Assembly (NCBI GenBank): GCA_010405405.1
Contig: MU004241.1
Coordinates: forward strand, 793,373-857,372
Direction of reading: 5' to 3'
Source: Microthyrium microscopicum
Lineage: Eukaryota
DNA: 64,000 bases
Each line of letters opens with the position of its first letter. Position 1 is the stretch's first letter. The position numbers were made by a program, and so were the translations under genes. Shown here in pieces: positions 1 to 13,478 of this stretch. Below the pieces are notes generated by a model that worked only from the letters and a program-made list of their open reading frames with translations, made no database searches and was not told the DNA's origin.

Positions 1-3000
1 AAACTCCTATTACTTTATTAAATAAGAAAATAAAGGTTAAACTACTCTAGATAAATACTATAATTTTAGTAAAGAAATATACTAATAAGAATAAAGACTT
101 AATAATAATATAAAAAATAAGTAAAATTATTACTAAAGTATACTAGGCAAACTTCCTAAAGAACTAGAAGATATCTCCCTAATAGTAATAACTAAGAAGT
201 TTAGTAATACTTAAACTAGTATAAATACGTATAACTAAGATTATAGCTTAGAGAGTTAACATACTAAAATAATAAAAAAAGAGATTAGAAATAAAGTAAA
301 AGCAAAATGCTAATTATAAGTAAGTAACGTAACTAATAGATAATATACTATAAAAAAAAAAAAGGTAAAAACTAAACTAGAGTTAGAAATATTCCTAATT
401 AAAGTATATTACTATAAGCTCTAAATAAATACTTAAGTATAGCTTATAAGAACATAATAATATACTACTATAGTATAAAGAATATTATAAAGTAACTAAC
501 TAATTAAGCTTTATAATAGTCTTAATAAAGTATAAGTAATAGCGCTCTTCTTTATATAATTAAAAGTTATTAGACTTAATAATTAGCTATATAACATATA
601 GGTACTAATAGTCTTCTTACTATAATACCTATATAATTACTAGTAATAAATAGTTTACTATATACTACTAAACTACCTATAATATTATAAGAAAAAATTA
701 CTAGAATAAGTAATAATACTAAATAAAGCCTACATATTCTCTAATCTAAAGGATACTTAGGTAATAGCTAAATAGCTACTAAAAAGCAAAGCTCTTTAGT
801 AATTTAGACTAACTAAAAAAATTATAGAAATAAACCTTAAGATATATAAAGAACTACTAAGACTTAAGAATCCTATAAATAACTAACTATAATACTATAG
901 TACTAATAGGCTAGTAATATATAATTATAAAGGAAATAGCTAAGTCTAAAAACGTAATTAATTTTATTCTATATCTATCTACTACTTTTTATTAAATAAT
1001 AATACTACCCTACCTAATAACTAAGATATCTCTACTAATAAATCTATCTTTACGCTTTAAGCATAAAGCTTTAATAAGATAGCTTATAGGTAAGCTAAAT
1101 TAGTAGCTAATATAGCTATATTAACCTTTAGCTTCTTTTTCTTTTATTACGCTAGTAAGGCTATAATAGAAGTAAACTAGGCCCTATAGCTAGTAAACTT
1201 ACTTACTAAATCCTTTATAATCTCTACCTACTTAGTAGCCTTCTTATCTATACCTAATAATATATACTTCTTAATATCCTAACAAAGGTTAACTAAGTTA
1301 ACTATTACCTTATTAAAGGCGTATTAGAAGTACTTACCTTACTCCTTTAACTTTACTAGTACTTTACTATAATATTAAAAAAAGTAGAAAATTAAAAGCA
1401 AGGATATACTTATAGCTTTATACTTAAAACGTTACTCTTTATAATAAGAGTAAAGATGCTAGCTAGGGCTAGCCTAACTATAAATATAAGTAATTACTAT
1501 AGTAAATATACTAAAATTAACTAAGTACTTACTATTAAGTAACTTTATATAATAGTATAATGCTTAGAGATAGTATAGATAAATTCTTATACTAAAGGTA
1601 TATATAGTCTATATTATAATAATTAATACTATATATAAAAGGATACTAAAAAACTTATAATAAGAGCTAAGATAGAACTAGCTAATTTTATATCTAAGGA
1701 TAAAGTAGTATTTTTAATATTTATAGATAAAATAATTTTTACCTTCTTTAGAGATAATAAAAGAGAAGTACTTATAGGCATAGAATATTTACTAAGTACT
1801 TAAAGGCGTAAAAAAGAGAAGAAAAGAAAGCTTATAAAGGACTTATCCTTAGAAGAGGAATTAGGAAGAGTAAGAAGCATAATAAAAACTTAGAGAGAAA
1901 AAAGTAATTAAAACTATATAAATTTAAAATACTTTATACCTTAGAGGTAGACTATATAGACTATTAGAAACTTAGAGGTAGCTATTTAGTAGCCTATTAT
2001 ATAGTATTAAAGAGCGTAAATTAATAAAGAAAACTTAGTTAAGAAGTATTATAGATATCTTACTTAATAGGTATTAAAAGAGAGGGCTTAATATAGCTAA
2101 GGGCTATAGTAATACTAGAGCCTATTAAGAGTAGAAATTAATTATAAAAACTTAAAAATATATATTATATACACCTATTATAAAATTATATAGAAAGTTA
2201 ACTATATAAGGATAATAGCTATAGGCCCCTAAGAAAGGGAAGATTAATAGGAACTTATTAAACTATAATAGTAAAACTTAGTAATAAGGTAATACTAAAT
2301 AGAAATAAGCGCTAAGAAGCTAGATCTAACTTATTCTAGAAAATACTATAGCCTTAAGTAATTAGGCAATAAATAAGTCTTAAAAGAGAAACTAGTAATA
2401 AAGATAGTATTAAGGATTAAAATCCTAACGCGTAGCGTAGAATCTATATAATATATAGTATACTTAAGCTATATAGGGCCTCTAATAATTAGTAACTACT
2501 AATTACTTACTATATTAACCTACTAACTAGAATTTCTTTAGTAGGCTTATAGTTTATAGAGAAATAATATAAGTCCTTTTATTTAGAAGTAGTAGACTAA
2601 GAGAGTATTATAATAATAATAGAATAAGGCTACTAAAAGGTAACTAAAGGAACACTACAGGTTTCCCTATAGAGGTTTTTCTAAAAGTAAGAGTAGCGTC
2701 TACATAGCCCATTAGCGTAGCTAAAAGACAATAAACAAGATTTATATATAATAAAGCTCGTCCTAACGTATATCTTAGTCTATATTAGTACTAGTTCTTA
2801 GAAAAGCTTAGCTTACTATTTAATATAAACGTCTTAATAGGTAAAAATTAATATTAATATATTTTAATCTTAACTTAACTTATATACTTTAGCTAATATC
2901 TAATTCTAGTCTCTATAAGGCCTTTATTTACTATACTAACTATATTAACTCTAAGTATAATTTGCTTAAATATAAGGTATTTCTTTAGACTATCTAATTT

Positions 3001-4715
3001 ATTCTTATAGGTTTATATAAGCATAAAGAGTCTAAGTTAACTAAAGAGCTATAAAAGCTTTATAAGTTATATCTATCTATCTTCTATGCCTTAATGCTAT
3101 AATCTAAGTAAAAGAATCTTAAAGCTAGTACTACTATTAAAGAGCTAATTTATAGTAATAATACTTATTTATTTCTATCTATTATAGGCTGTTAAACTAA
3201 TTACTATATTAAAGATAATCTATATTTCCTAGTAAAAGGTAACTAAGTAGATTACTACTTAAGAGATATAATTATTAAAGTATATAATAATGACTATAAT
3301 CGCTTAAACCTTTTTGACTTAAGAGACTTACTACTTAAATAATATAAGAAGGCTATCTTCTAGGACCTATAAGTACTTAAAGTAATATACTACTAATTAG
3401 AAGTAATATATACTCCTAAGTATATCTATTATCTTTATCCTTTTTATTATCTTTATTCTTTTTATTACCTTTATCTTTTTTATTACCTTTATCCTTTTTA
3501 TTACCTTTATCCTTCTTATTACTCTTCTCCTTACTCTATTCTTATAACTTTAACCTTCTTTTTATATTACTATCCTTTTTATTACTTTCCCTCCTTCCTA
3601 TAGCTCTCTATAGTATTTATTAATAATTCCTTATAATTTTGCTATATATTACTAACTTACTTTAGGGTTTCTAAGTATTATATAGCTCTTAGTCTTAGTA
3701 ATTTTATCTAATATACTTAAGATAGTAAGATGCGTACTAGTTAGATTAATTAATTCTTTATTTATAAAATTATAGCTATCTACTTCTAATTATTTATTAT
3801 CTTAATTCCTACTAAGGATACTAGCTTTATTAATAAGCTTATAAGATTTTTTATACTTAAAATAGAGGCTAAGGATAATATATTAGTTATTAGTCTTTCT
3901 TCTTTATAAGCTTATTACCTTTATATCGTCCCTATTACTATTACCTTTAGTTAAACTACTAATAAGCTTAGCCTAGTTAAGCTAGCTAATATTAATAAGA
4001 GTATACTTCTTTTTTATATAGACTAGAACCTAGAGATTCTCTAATCTAGTAGTTTTTTAGGCCTTTAAGTTTAGTTAAAGTTAGAAGTTAGGAGGGTAAT
4101 AAAAAACGTATATGTTTTATATAGATTAATCCTTATCCTAGAGTAAAATTAGAGGATATAGTAAGTATATAGTAGGTGTAGGTAGTAATTATATAAAGTA
4201 GCTATAGGTAGGTAGGCGTAAAAAGCTAAGTATAAGAATTATAGGGGTTAGAAGGTATAGTATAGAATATAGCCTAGAGCGTAGGAGCTATATAGGCTAG
4301 CTAGACTAAATATAGTAATTATACTAAGCAATAACTAGTATAAAATATAAGTAAGTATAGTAAGAATTAGAGTTTTTTAGGTATAGGTTAGTTCTAAAGA
4401 GAAGAAAGCTAGACTAGCCTAGTTCTAGCGTAAGGTATTCTAACTAATTAGTAGCCTAGAGGTAGTCCTAGGTATAGGCCTAAGTTAAGCGTTAAAGTAA
4501 ATTTAACTATTAGTTGACGCTTAATTAACTATTACTTAAATAGAATAAACGTTAGCTAATGGTTAGTAGCCTTGTACTAACCGTTAGTTAATAAATATAA
4601 GGTTAATTAACGTTTCATGCAATTAACTGTTTACGCATTATTTAATAGTCTTTTGCATATTTAAAAGAATAAACGTTGATTGCTACATAACCGTTGATTA
4701 ACCGTCGCTCGACTG
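1..4715. mobile_element. RIP-degraded AT-rich transposon relic (family unresolved; right end resembles a hAT terminus), truncated by window start
   Basis: Extreme AT content, pervasive TpA and near absence of CpA/TpG, and no ORF in the track before 5277. Composition returns to normal around 4620-4720. Repeated TTAAC/AACCGTT/AACGTT motifs at 4485-4715 end in ...GCTCGACTG (CAGTCGAGC on the minus strand). Confidence 0.85.
3428..3522 (-). repeat. 18-bp tandem repeat (about 5 copies, TTATTACCTTTATCCTTT) inside the RIP relic
   Basis: Directly visible. The minus strand reads AAA AAG GAT AAA GGT AAT (KKDKGN) per unit, consistent with a G-to-A mutated acidic coding repeat. Confidence 0.8.
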
Positions 4716-7139
4716 TTACCTGGGCCGCCAAGGCCCGCTAAGGAATCAACAGTGGAGGGATGCTTGAAGGTGGAGATTGTTGGACTGAGCGAGTCGAAAG
4801 ATTTAGGCAGCTCAAATGTTATGAGTTCAAAATGACATAGGTTTCTGCAGGCAGGAAGTACTTTGTTACAGTAGGCTCACGGGCTTGTAGCGTTTGTACC
4901 GGTAGGTAGCACCGGTTTGTTCAAGAAAGGCGCGTTGAATCTTAATCAATGATCAGTTGAGGGGTCTGTCGATCATCTGTCTATGAGGTAATGATTGTCC
5001 TGTTTCTACCTACCAATCTCTTTCAGGTAACCCGATATCGCAAGTCGATTTGATATAGCTTATTGACGATGCTCGTTAATAAGTGAAAGAAGGCGAAGTG
5101 TCAGATGAATAATTCAGTTCTAAAGATGGAAAACACATGCAAGCAAAGAAATACCAGCCTTCTACCTTTTGCATCGTGAGACTTTAATTGATCCTTGTTG
5201 GCAGTCGCACCCGGCGGAGCTCAGTGGGGCAGGAACAGAGTGCTTAGTCAGCATATCCACCAATCATACACCACCACTACCCAGTAGTTGCTGCGGCACG
5301 AATAACTTTATTTCCAGCACCGACTTGAGCATGTGAATGTCTCGCTATGAAGACGTTAACGCGTAATGGGTTGTGTAGTTGCATAAAAGGAGAGGACGGC
5401 GAAAATGTCGGCATATTTTGACTCGGAACGTGCCATATTATTTGGAAAGATAATAAACAAAGCAAGGGTTGAAATCTACAGCCTAAACTTAGATTTAAGC
5501 TTCCTTGCACTATAGCGGGGCTGGAATATAGATCAAGTGGGGCTACTATTTTGAAACCAATACAGCCAACTCTTGCTATCCCTGTCTTTGTATCAAAGAG
5601 TTCAACCTCACATCTCGACAATTTCCGAATATAAGCCCAATCTTGCAAGTTACTGCTTGAAACGCTATGTTCTTCTCTAATTCTTGAGCCAGTTCAATAC
5701 TATGCAAGAAGGGGCAAATTGTCGCTGATATATATTGACCCTGAAACATCAGAAACTGCTCATTAATCCTTGCAAGAATGGACCACCCAGAGCCTCACTT
5801 CTCCAACACCGCGGCTCAATTTTGACTGCATTCAACCCCGTATCAGGCTGCTTGTCCTAAAACAGGCTGGCTTCAACTGCCTCTTCAACGGCTGCACTAC
5901 TCTTTTCGAATATTACACCACAAATGCATACCCTAGAGAGTGCATGATACTCTCTTAGTGGCAGCTTCACATCAGCTAATTATTCCTTGTCATTCACGTC
6001 GTCTGGTTCGTTTCGAGACACGTCGTATCCCTTGACCAATCCACCAACCATTTCATCTCAAACCAGCTCTGAAATCTGATACCCCGTGGATGGCCCGCCG
6101 CATCAAATCTTTCTTGGCTTGGCTCCGCTCTTCCTACTTAGTACTTACCACCCTTATATGTAAGGTACGCATGTGGCTCTTTGACAACAACCACCTCTTT
6201 TACGCAGCATAACTGGCCGCGTCCATGGTTCGGCTGCTCACATCCTCTTTGCGTCTGGTTGAGTGTGGTCCATGCTATGGTCTGGTCTGATCTTGGAACT
6301 TCGGATCCTGGAAGAGAGGTGGTTGCTGAGGTAAAGCGTGAGTATGGGTTTACATCCTTTCCCTTTCCATCTTGTGCATGGTCACTGGTGCCGAACATTG
6401 TCCAGTCTGAAGTCTTAGCAGCGTGAGGTGGTAAACTGGTCACTGGAAGTCTGGTAGTCGCAGTCGCAGTGTGCCTATCCTTTTAGCTTTTGCGTCTTTG
6501 CTTTACCCATCTGAGGATTTCCCATGAAGCTAATCGTGCCAACTGTCTCTGATCGCGGTCCTTCTGCTCATCTGATGCTACCGTGTTCCTTCTCATCGCT
6601 GGTCCCTACTATTTCTCTCTCATCTCTTCCCCGTCGCCCGTCTCCCTGACATTGTTCTTCTGCTCCTGGCCGCTAGTTCCGTGTCCGTTCAAGTGCTCCA
6701 AGCGTCTCGTTGCTGCTTGTCTCCTTTCCTTTCATCTGATCTGCTATAATAACCCTCTTCCTCACCTAAATCTCTGGTGTTGTAGTTTTCGCTTCCTCTT
6801 CTTTCCTCCTTCTTTCTCCATCACCTCTTTCCCCTCCTAATTATACAATACCTGCTGACTAGAGGTCGTACGCTTGCACCTATAATTGAGTTTTCCCTCG
6901 TAGTTATTCTGCTACCTATTTTGTACCAGTAGCAGGCAGTCACCGCGATCTTCCCCTAACAATCCACTACTTAATTATCTCTCCAAACTACACCACTGCA
7001 AACCCTTTCCTTGGTGTTTACTCCAACCACTCCCTACCATCCATAACCATCCATCCACCCGTTTAATTCTTCACTCTCTACACAATCCATTCGAGTCACT
7101 TCCATCACCAGTCATCCATTTTGTTCTTTTCCATCAATT

Positions 7140-8858
7140 ATGGATGTGAGCAATGCAGCTCGTGGTGATGCATCACGATTTGATGATTCAGTTCTCTCCA
7201 CAAATTCATCAGAACCGCTCAGCAGTCCACCGCGATCTCCAGAAGCACCAGTTGGTGGTCCATCACCACTCAACGCCGCAAACCGAAATGTTTCAAATTC
7301 TGGTGTTGCACCTCCACCAACTTCAGCGCCACATGTCCAATCGCTAATTAATCCTGCGCCTGCACCTAAAAAACCAGGCCGCAAAAAGAAAGAATTAACT
7401 GCAGAAGAAATCGCAGCCAAGGCCAATAAGGAGCCAAAAAAGCCAGGCCGCAAACCTCGTGTACCAAAAGATCCCAATGCTCCGCCAGTCCAACGGAAGC
7501 GCAAAGCTGCAGGTGACGCAGCCATTGCACCTACAACATCTCTTCCTCAACATTCTATGCTCGCGCCGCCAGATGGCATCAATCAGGCCGCTTCTCGTCA
7601 ACCTAAAATCACAGATCTAGTCAACACCCTTCCTATCTCATCACAGCAGGCGCGAATGGCTTCGCCAGCCAACTCGCATCGTGGACCTGCCACTCCTGGC
7701 AATGCGCGCCCTGCAAGTAGTGGTCAGATCTTCGATATCATCCGGGGTTCCACGGTCGAAGCTCCTCCAGTATCGCCTACACCTCCTCTACAGAACCGAG
7801 CCAGTGCTTCACCTAGCATAAAATCACTAATTGATCCTATTCCGCCAACCTCAGAACCATCACGCGCAGTTCCTCAATCATCCTCATCACTATCCAAAAG
7901 CTATCAGATATCTATACCTTCAAATGTTCTCACTTCAAACCTCAAAGCAGTTCCACAGCATTCTCGTCAACTAGAACCAGAAATGAAGCAAAAACGAGAA
8001 TCAGCTAGCGGTCCACCATCCAATGCGCCAACACCTCCTCAAAAGCCAAAAATCACGCGCGAAGTTCCACCTCTCCCTAGCGGCAGCGGTCTCCTCTCTG
8101 GCACTCCTTTTGGCCTCAATGGAACCTCCAACGGCACCTCTGAACCAGGAAAAGGCACCAACATCTGGCTCAAATTCGACCTCAAAGGCAAAGAAAACGT
8201 CACCATCAATTTCGCGCACGAAGTCGAAAAGAAGTATGGTTTCGCCGCTCTCAACCCCCGTCTCGCAGCCCGCCAAGAACGACAGCGCCAAATGGCACTC
8301 GCTGGCGCAGCACTCGAAAAGGAACAAGGCCTGACTGGATCTACTGACGACATGTCGCTAGATCTATCAGACGCAGAGAGCCCAAACGACACAGATGCAG
8401 TGAAAGAGGGCGCAGACGGCGAACCGCCAAAGAAAAAGCGCAAGAAGCGCACAGAGGACTATGATCGCAACGATGACTTTATCGACGATGCGGAACTGCT
8501 GCTCGAAGAACAAGCACTCATGACGAAAGACGGCTTCTTTGTCTACTCGGGCCCACTTATCCAAGAAGGCGAACGACCAGCCGTTGAGCGCGCAGACGGA
8601 ACCATTTCCAAACGTGGACGAGGTCGTGGACGAGGACGTGGTGCGGCGAGCGGCGAAACGTCTGGTAGAGGCAGTCGAGGAGGCCGTGGATCGCGCGGCG
8701 GAGGAGCAGTACGCAAACCAAGAGTCACGAAAGCTGAACGGGCGCAGATGGAGGCAGAGAAACTGGCGAGAGAAAAACTGGGTGCGTCGATGGCGGTTCC
8801 GCGGGCGGCGAGTGGGTCTTTTGTGGTGCCAACAGCTGTCGCTGCTACGGCGCCGTAG
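7140..8858 (+). CDS. HPC2: HIR histone chaperone complex subunit Hpc2 (HUN domain)
   Basis: 572-aa intronless ORF with the HUN/HRD motif DYDRNDDFIDDAEL...DGFFVYSGPL, the upstream INFAHEVEKKYGF motif, and basic NLS/RG tracts. Confidence 0.9.
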   Translation: MDVSNAARGDASRFDDSVLSTNSSEPLSSPPRSPEAPVGGPSPLNAANRNVSNSGVAPPPTSAPHVQSLINPAPAPKKPGRKKKELTAEEIAAKANKEPKKPGRKPRVPKDPNAPPVQRKRKAAGDAAIAPTTSLPQHSMLAPPDGINQAASRQPKITDLVNTLPISSQQARMASPANSHRGPATPGNARPASSGQIFDIIRGSTVEAPPVSPTPPLQNRASASPSIKSLIDPIPPTSEPSRAVPQSSSSLSKSYQISIPSNVLTSNLKAVPQHSRQLEPEMKQKRESASGPPSNAPTPPQKPKITREVPPLPSGSGLLSGTPFGLNGTSNGTSEPGKGTNIWLKFDLKGKENVTINFAHEVEKKYGFAALNPRLAARQERQRQMALAGAALEKEQGLTGSTDDMSLDLSDAESPNDTDAVKEGADGEPPKKKRKKRTEDYDRNDDFIDDAELLLEEQALMTKDGFFVYSGPLIQEGERPAVERADGTISKRGRGRGRGRGAASGETSGRGSRGGRGSRGGGAVRKPRVTKAERAQMEAEKLAREKLGASMAVPRAASGSFVVPTAVAATAP

Positions 8859-9357
8859 AGGGCGCCAGGTGAAGGTGTTGTTGCGAGTCCTCGTGTGAAT
8901 GACTGGTTCTGGAAAACTGTATTATAAGGCATTTATGCATAGGAGCTTTTGAGGATTTTTGAAAGGCATGCGGATACCAGGGCGTCAAAAGATATTGTTT
9001 GGGCAGGCCTGGTGGCTTGGTATATTGTCATGGTATATATGACTTTTTACAGAATGATACTTTGTAATTGCAACTAGATGCTCTCTCATGAATCAATTCA
9101 GTATGTTCTCATATCTTGATATCCTACAATGTGCAGAGGCCGGAAGTGTTCATATGTGTTCATATTCTAAACTTGATCTGTGTTCCCAGAGAGGAACGCT
9201 CCTCAAAGCCGGAGAGCAGATTTCTTTCCTCCCATGCCAATGTTGCTCCCGTAATATCTTCCTCGTGTCTAATCTATACATATATATAGCAACCAAACTC
9301 CAAGCTCAATGCAATTGTTATACACATATCTCACAGCCAACGACAATCAAGTCGTCA

Positions 9358-9772
9358 TCACTTCCACCTCAATTTCCCAGCAGCCCAATTCCACCACATC
9401 TGCCCCTGTGTTCTCGACGGTGCCTCTTCAATATCGCGCATCAAAGCCGAATAGTGTTCAGGATTGCTCGTAGGCTTAAGCATCGCCGGTGGTATCGTAT
9501 ACTACAACCACAAAATCGTTAGCCTTCACCTTCTTCCAAAACTTGTTGTATGATCGTACCTTCTTCGCATATCTCTCATCAAGCAACGAATACAACGCAG
9601 TCACATTCTTCATCTCATTCTGAGCCTGTTCGTCGGAAAGCGCAGCGACATTCGCAGCACGCTTCTCAATGACAGACTGGAAGTTTGTAGTCGGTCGGAG
9701 CAAGTCGGTAGGCCATTGCTTGAGGATGCGGGAATAGTGGTGCTGCAGAACACCCTGGAGATTTCGTGACAT
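9358..9772 (-). CDS. CBP6: Cytochrome b translation/assembly factor Cbp6 (UQCC2-like), 2 exons
   Basis: Exon 1 HYSRILKQWPTDLLRP...ALYSLLDERY. A GTACGA...CTAAC...TAG intron ends at 9502. Exon 2 reads YTIPPAMLKPTSNPEHYSALMRDIEEAP...WK*. Confidence 0.85.
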
Positions 9773-10520
9773 TTTTCTTTTGGCGATTCAGCGAAGAGTC
9801 ATGGCGAGATAGCGTGCAGTATATGTAGTAATGAAGAAAGGCCGAGATATCAATGGTTGATGCGTGCACTGATGCGACACTGGCTGGTCAGTTTTTAGTT
9901 ACCGCTAAGAGTAGTGAGTAAGCGGGTAACTTTTGGGGTGATGGGCTTTTTGAGATTTGTGAGACGCTATATATTGAAAACAGGGCTAGAGCCCCTTGGC
10001 GGCTATGGGCGCGGCTGTCTGCGGAGAGGAATGTTGCATGAGTGAACGGATATGGAAGTCACGTGTTTGGAGACTGGGGTAATGAGCCAATCAACAGCGA
10101 TTTCACAGGATGACTTGGTCAGCGGCAAGAACGCAGGAGGGAGGGCTTGGCATGGAATAGTAGGCTGTGCCGCGCAAATGGGCAAGAGCGCCTGGACACC
10201 ACCCTCGCTATTGAAACAAGCCCCCAGCATCTCCCTGCGCCGTGGCCATGAACAACACCTGAGCACCTGGACACCATCCTAAATCCTTCTCGTCTATTCC
10301 ATCCACTACATACCTCTATTCTTTTTCATACTGCTCCTTTCTCTTCTCACGACCTATTCTACTTCTATCCTGCCTCTTCAGCTACCACGAGCCATCCACC
10401 CTTTGTTGCTGCTCGCTGCCGCCTGCCCGCTTTCAATTCCCTCGTCGGCTGACCTCAAACCCGCCACTCCTCTCTTGAAACCAACATCCCTCATCCACGA
10501 ACACCTGGTCTTATCTGGCC

Positions 10521-11714
10521 ATGAGTTCACGATACCAACGGGTACGTTAGAAATCTATGAATATCATTTGCGTTCTCAGCGCAAACCACTCAATGATCAT
10601 ACATTAACCGCATCATGTATACACAGGTGTCCAACCACGACGATGATGACCACATCTCTGGTCCTCCTCCAGTCCCCTCCTCACCACCTCCACCCTTCAC
10701 TTCCCGCCCTGCCTCGCCTACAGAATCACAAACCCTCCTCTCAAGACACGATCCCCTAACTTCCGATGCTGATCGGACGTTGGCGGAAACATTTGACTCG
10801 CCGTCAGATGACGATGTATCTGACGATGAGGATGAAGACGCACAGGAAAACAGGCGGCTTGTCCGGCAAAACACAGATCAGAACCGTAATACGCAAACAT
10901 CTTCACAACCGCCGGTCGAGACGCGAGTTCAGCACTACCCTGTGTTCGCAACGACAACATCACAAGTCTATGGCGGTGGACGGGCAAATGACGGTGTATT
11001 CGCCAACTTGAGCGCGAAGCCAACGAGAGGAGAAGAACTCGAAGAAAAGCCACCGGTATGTCTTACCCAATACATGTCCATTGATTGTTGATACTAACAT
11101 ATTTTCCTTAGTCATACGAACAGGCTGCAGCCGATGCAACACCCCCCTACTGGGAAACCACTATACTCGCCCCTGGCATGCTCTCAGATGAAGTCTATGT
11201 CGATGGCTTACCTGTTGGCTCCGTCTTCAGCTTTGTCTGGAACGCTATGATCTCCATGTCCTTTCAAATCGTCGGTTTCCTCCTCACATACCTCCTACAC
11301 ACTACCCACGCCGCCAAAAACGGGTCCCGCGCTGGTCTCGGCATAACACTCGTGCAGTACGGTTTCAGCATGAAATCAGCCTCTTCCCTACGCACAGATC
11401 CAACCGGCCTACCAGTGGACTCGAACGGCGCCTTTGCCGGCTCACCGACAGACCCGAATGCACATGATTTCGATCCCGCTAAGGAAGGCGAGAGTGGTGG
11501 GTTTGACCAAGGCATGGGATCAGGCATTGGCGGTATCAGCACGACGGACTGGTTCGCGTATATTCTTATGGTGGTGGGCTGGTTTATTCTAATAAGATCT
11601 GTGTCGGACTTTTTGCGAGCGAGAAGGCATGAGCAGCTGGTTTTGCAAAGTCCAGAGCGCGGACTAGGTGTTGCGGTTGTGGCAGAGGGTGAAGGCCCGG
11701 AAACGTCTGTATGA
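10521..11714 (+). CDS. BSD2: Metal homeostasis protein Bsd2 (Rsp5 adaptor), 3 exons
   Basis: NDGVFANLSAKP, the PPSY PY motif across intron 2, ATPPYWETT, DGLPVGSVFSFVWN and three hydrophobic segments. ATG at 10521 with a GTACGT intron at 10542-10626. Confidence 0.9.
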
Positions 11715-12036
11715 TCTTCTCTTTTGTCTGTTTCTTGAGCAGTGTTGCTTTCGTATTCTGGAGCAAGCAATTCATCTGAGCATTTTTTATGTCATGACTA
11801 TATATTGGTTTATGGATGTCCAGTGATTATCGTAGGCTCGGCGGATTGCTATGGTTTCACTATTAGGAATTGAACGGCAAACTGATCATTCACTATCATA
11901 TTTTTTTGACTGGAAAGGCTTTAGCGCCTTGAAGAACCTTTGGCTAGGCCATACATGCACCTTTTAATTGTCGCTTTCCAATGCATGTCATCGCCTCGTG
12001 GTCGTTTCTGCCCCTTCATAGCATCATTCGTCTTCC

Positions 12037-12500
12037 CTATAGTTTACTAACCGCACTCTTAACCTCCTCACTATAACTCTTCAACTTATCCATATCAACC
12101 TTCATCTGCGGCCAACCAACCCCCAACCCCTCCTTCTCATTCGGCTTCGGAATTACATGGAAATGCACATGATCAACCTCCTGATGCGCCAACCGGCCAT
12201 TATTCTGCAATAAATTCCAATTCTCCGCTTTGACTGCGAGCGCGACCTTTTTGGCGACGCTGAGTACTTCGGTGAGTGAGTCGTCGGGGATGTCGGTTAA
12301 GGAGACGCCGTGGTGTTTGGGGATTATGAGGGTGTGGCCGTGCGAGAGCGGGTTGATGTCGAGAAAGGCGAGGGTTTTGTCGGATTCGAAGATCTTGAAG
12401 GAGGGGAGCTCGCCTGGGGGGTGTTAGTGGTGGGGAGTGGAGTGGTCAGGGGATGGGCGATGGGGGGACCTTTGATGATGCGGCAGAATATGCAGGCCAT
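12037..12500 (-). CDS. HNT1: HIT-family adenosine monophosphoramidase, 2 exons
   Basis: MACIFCRIIKG / ELPSFKIFESDKTLAFLDINPLSHGHTLIIPKHH...QNNGRLAHQEVDHVHFHVIPK, with the histidine triad HVHFH. Confidence 0.95.
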
Positions 12501-12699
12501 TGTTGGATTGGGGTTGGTGGTTGGGTTGGTTTGGTTTGTGGTGGTAGAGGTATTGTTGTTGTTTGGTTTGGGATGTTGGTGATGGGATGACGAGGGGTTT
12601 GAAGCTTCTCGCCCGAAATGCAACCTGACCAAAATGGTATTTGCAGCCGTCAATGTTTTTTATATTCAACCAACAATGAATTTCGGACTGAAATCCTGT

Positions 12700-13478
12700 T
12701 CAAGAAATTGAATCTTGGAATTTCCAGAATGTCGGTTCAAAGTTTGCATAGCAGCGGAATTCGTTGCTGAGGCCTTTCTGGTGCTTGACCTCAAACGACG
12801 TTGTCTTGATCCCAACTTTAGCATAGAGTTTATGGATGAGAGCTTCCATTCTTTCTCCAGTACAAGATATAACTCGGATGTCGCCTTCTGTCCAAGATTT
12901 GGCCATATAACGCACTGTCAAGGCGGCTTTCGTTTGACACTCTTCGCTCAGGAATGGCGGATCTACTATAATTCTTGAGAACGTGCCTTTCAACTCAGTC
13001 GGTAGCTTAAGCGGCGCATTAAAGTCGTATTGCACAAACTCCTTGAAGACAGCGAACCGATCATCAAACTCCAGCAAGGCTAAATGAGGCTTTGGTTTGT
13101 CCTTCCAGTTCTTGGCTAGAATACGCTTCGCGGCAAGAAATGCGCTTGGTGCAGAGACAAATGCGATATGGTCAGACTCATCAGTGTCTTCAAGTAGAGC
13201 AACAGCGAGCGCGTTCGCAGTCTCTTCAGTGTACCAGAACTGGCTTGCGTTCCAGTCTTCGGTGAAAGCTGCCATGCTGAGTTGCTCAGTACGGTCATCG
13301 TGATCTGCTTCCGCACCAGATTTCAGATCTTCGAATAGCTTTTGTCGAGTGTCTCGTTCAGAGTAGAAGTCCTTGAGGGCGGCGAGCGCATCGCCAGAGA
13401 GCTGACTAGAAATTGTTAGGACCTTTTCTGATTCGAAAGAGAGTATATTTACGGCATATCATCGTCGCTTTCCGCCAT
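12700..13478 (-). CDS. EFM5: eEF1A lysine methyltransferase (N6AMT2/EEF1AKMT1 family), 2 exons
   Basis: LSGDALAALKDFY, EDWNASQFWY, FVSAPS, LLEFDDRF, YDFNAP, IVDPPFL and GLSNEFRCYANF. Confidence 0.92.

Noticed and set aside
5277..6840. Short ORFs between the RIP block and HPC2
   Set aside because: No recognisable motifs, mostly non-ATG starts, and no consistent spliced model. 6583-6840 is a pyrimidine-rich promoter/UTR tract.
7112..8932. Antisense and alternate-frame ORFs over HPC2 (likewise over ELYS, the decarboxylase and the Chs4-like gene)
   Set aside because: These are shadow ORFs of real coding sequence.
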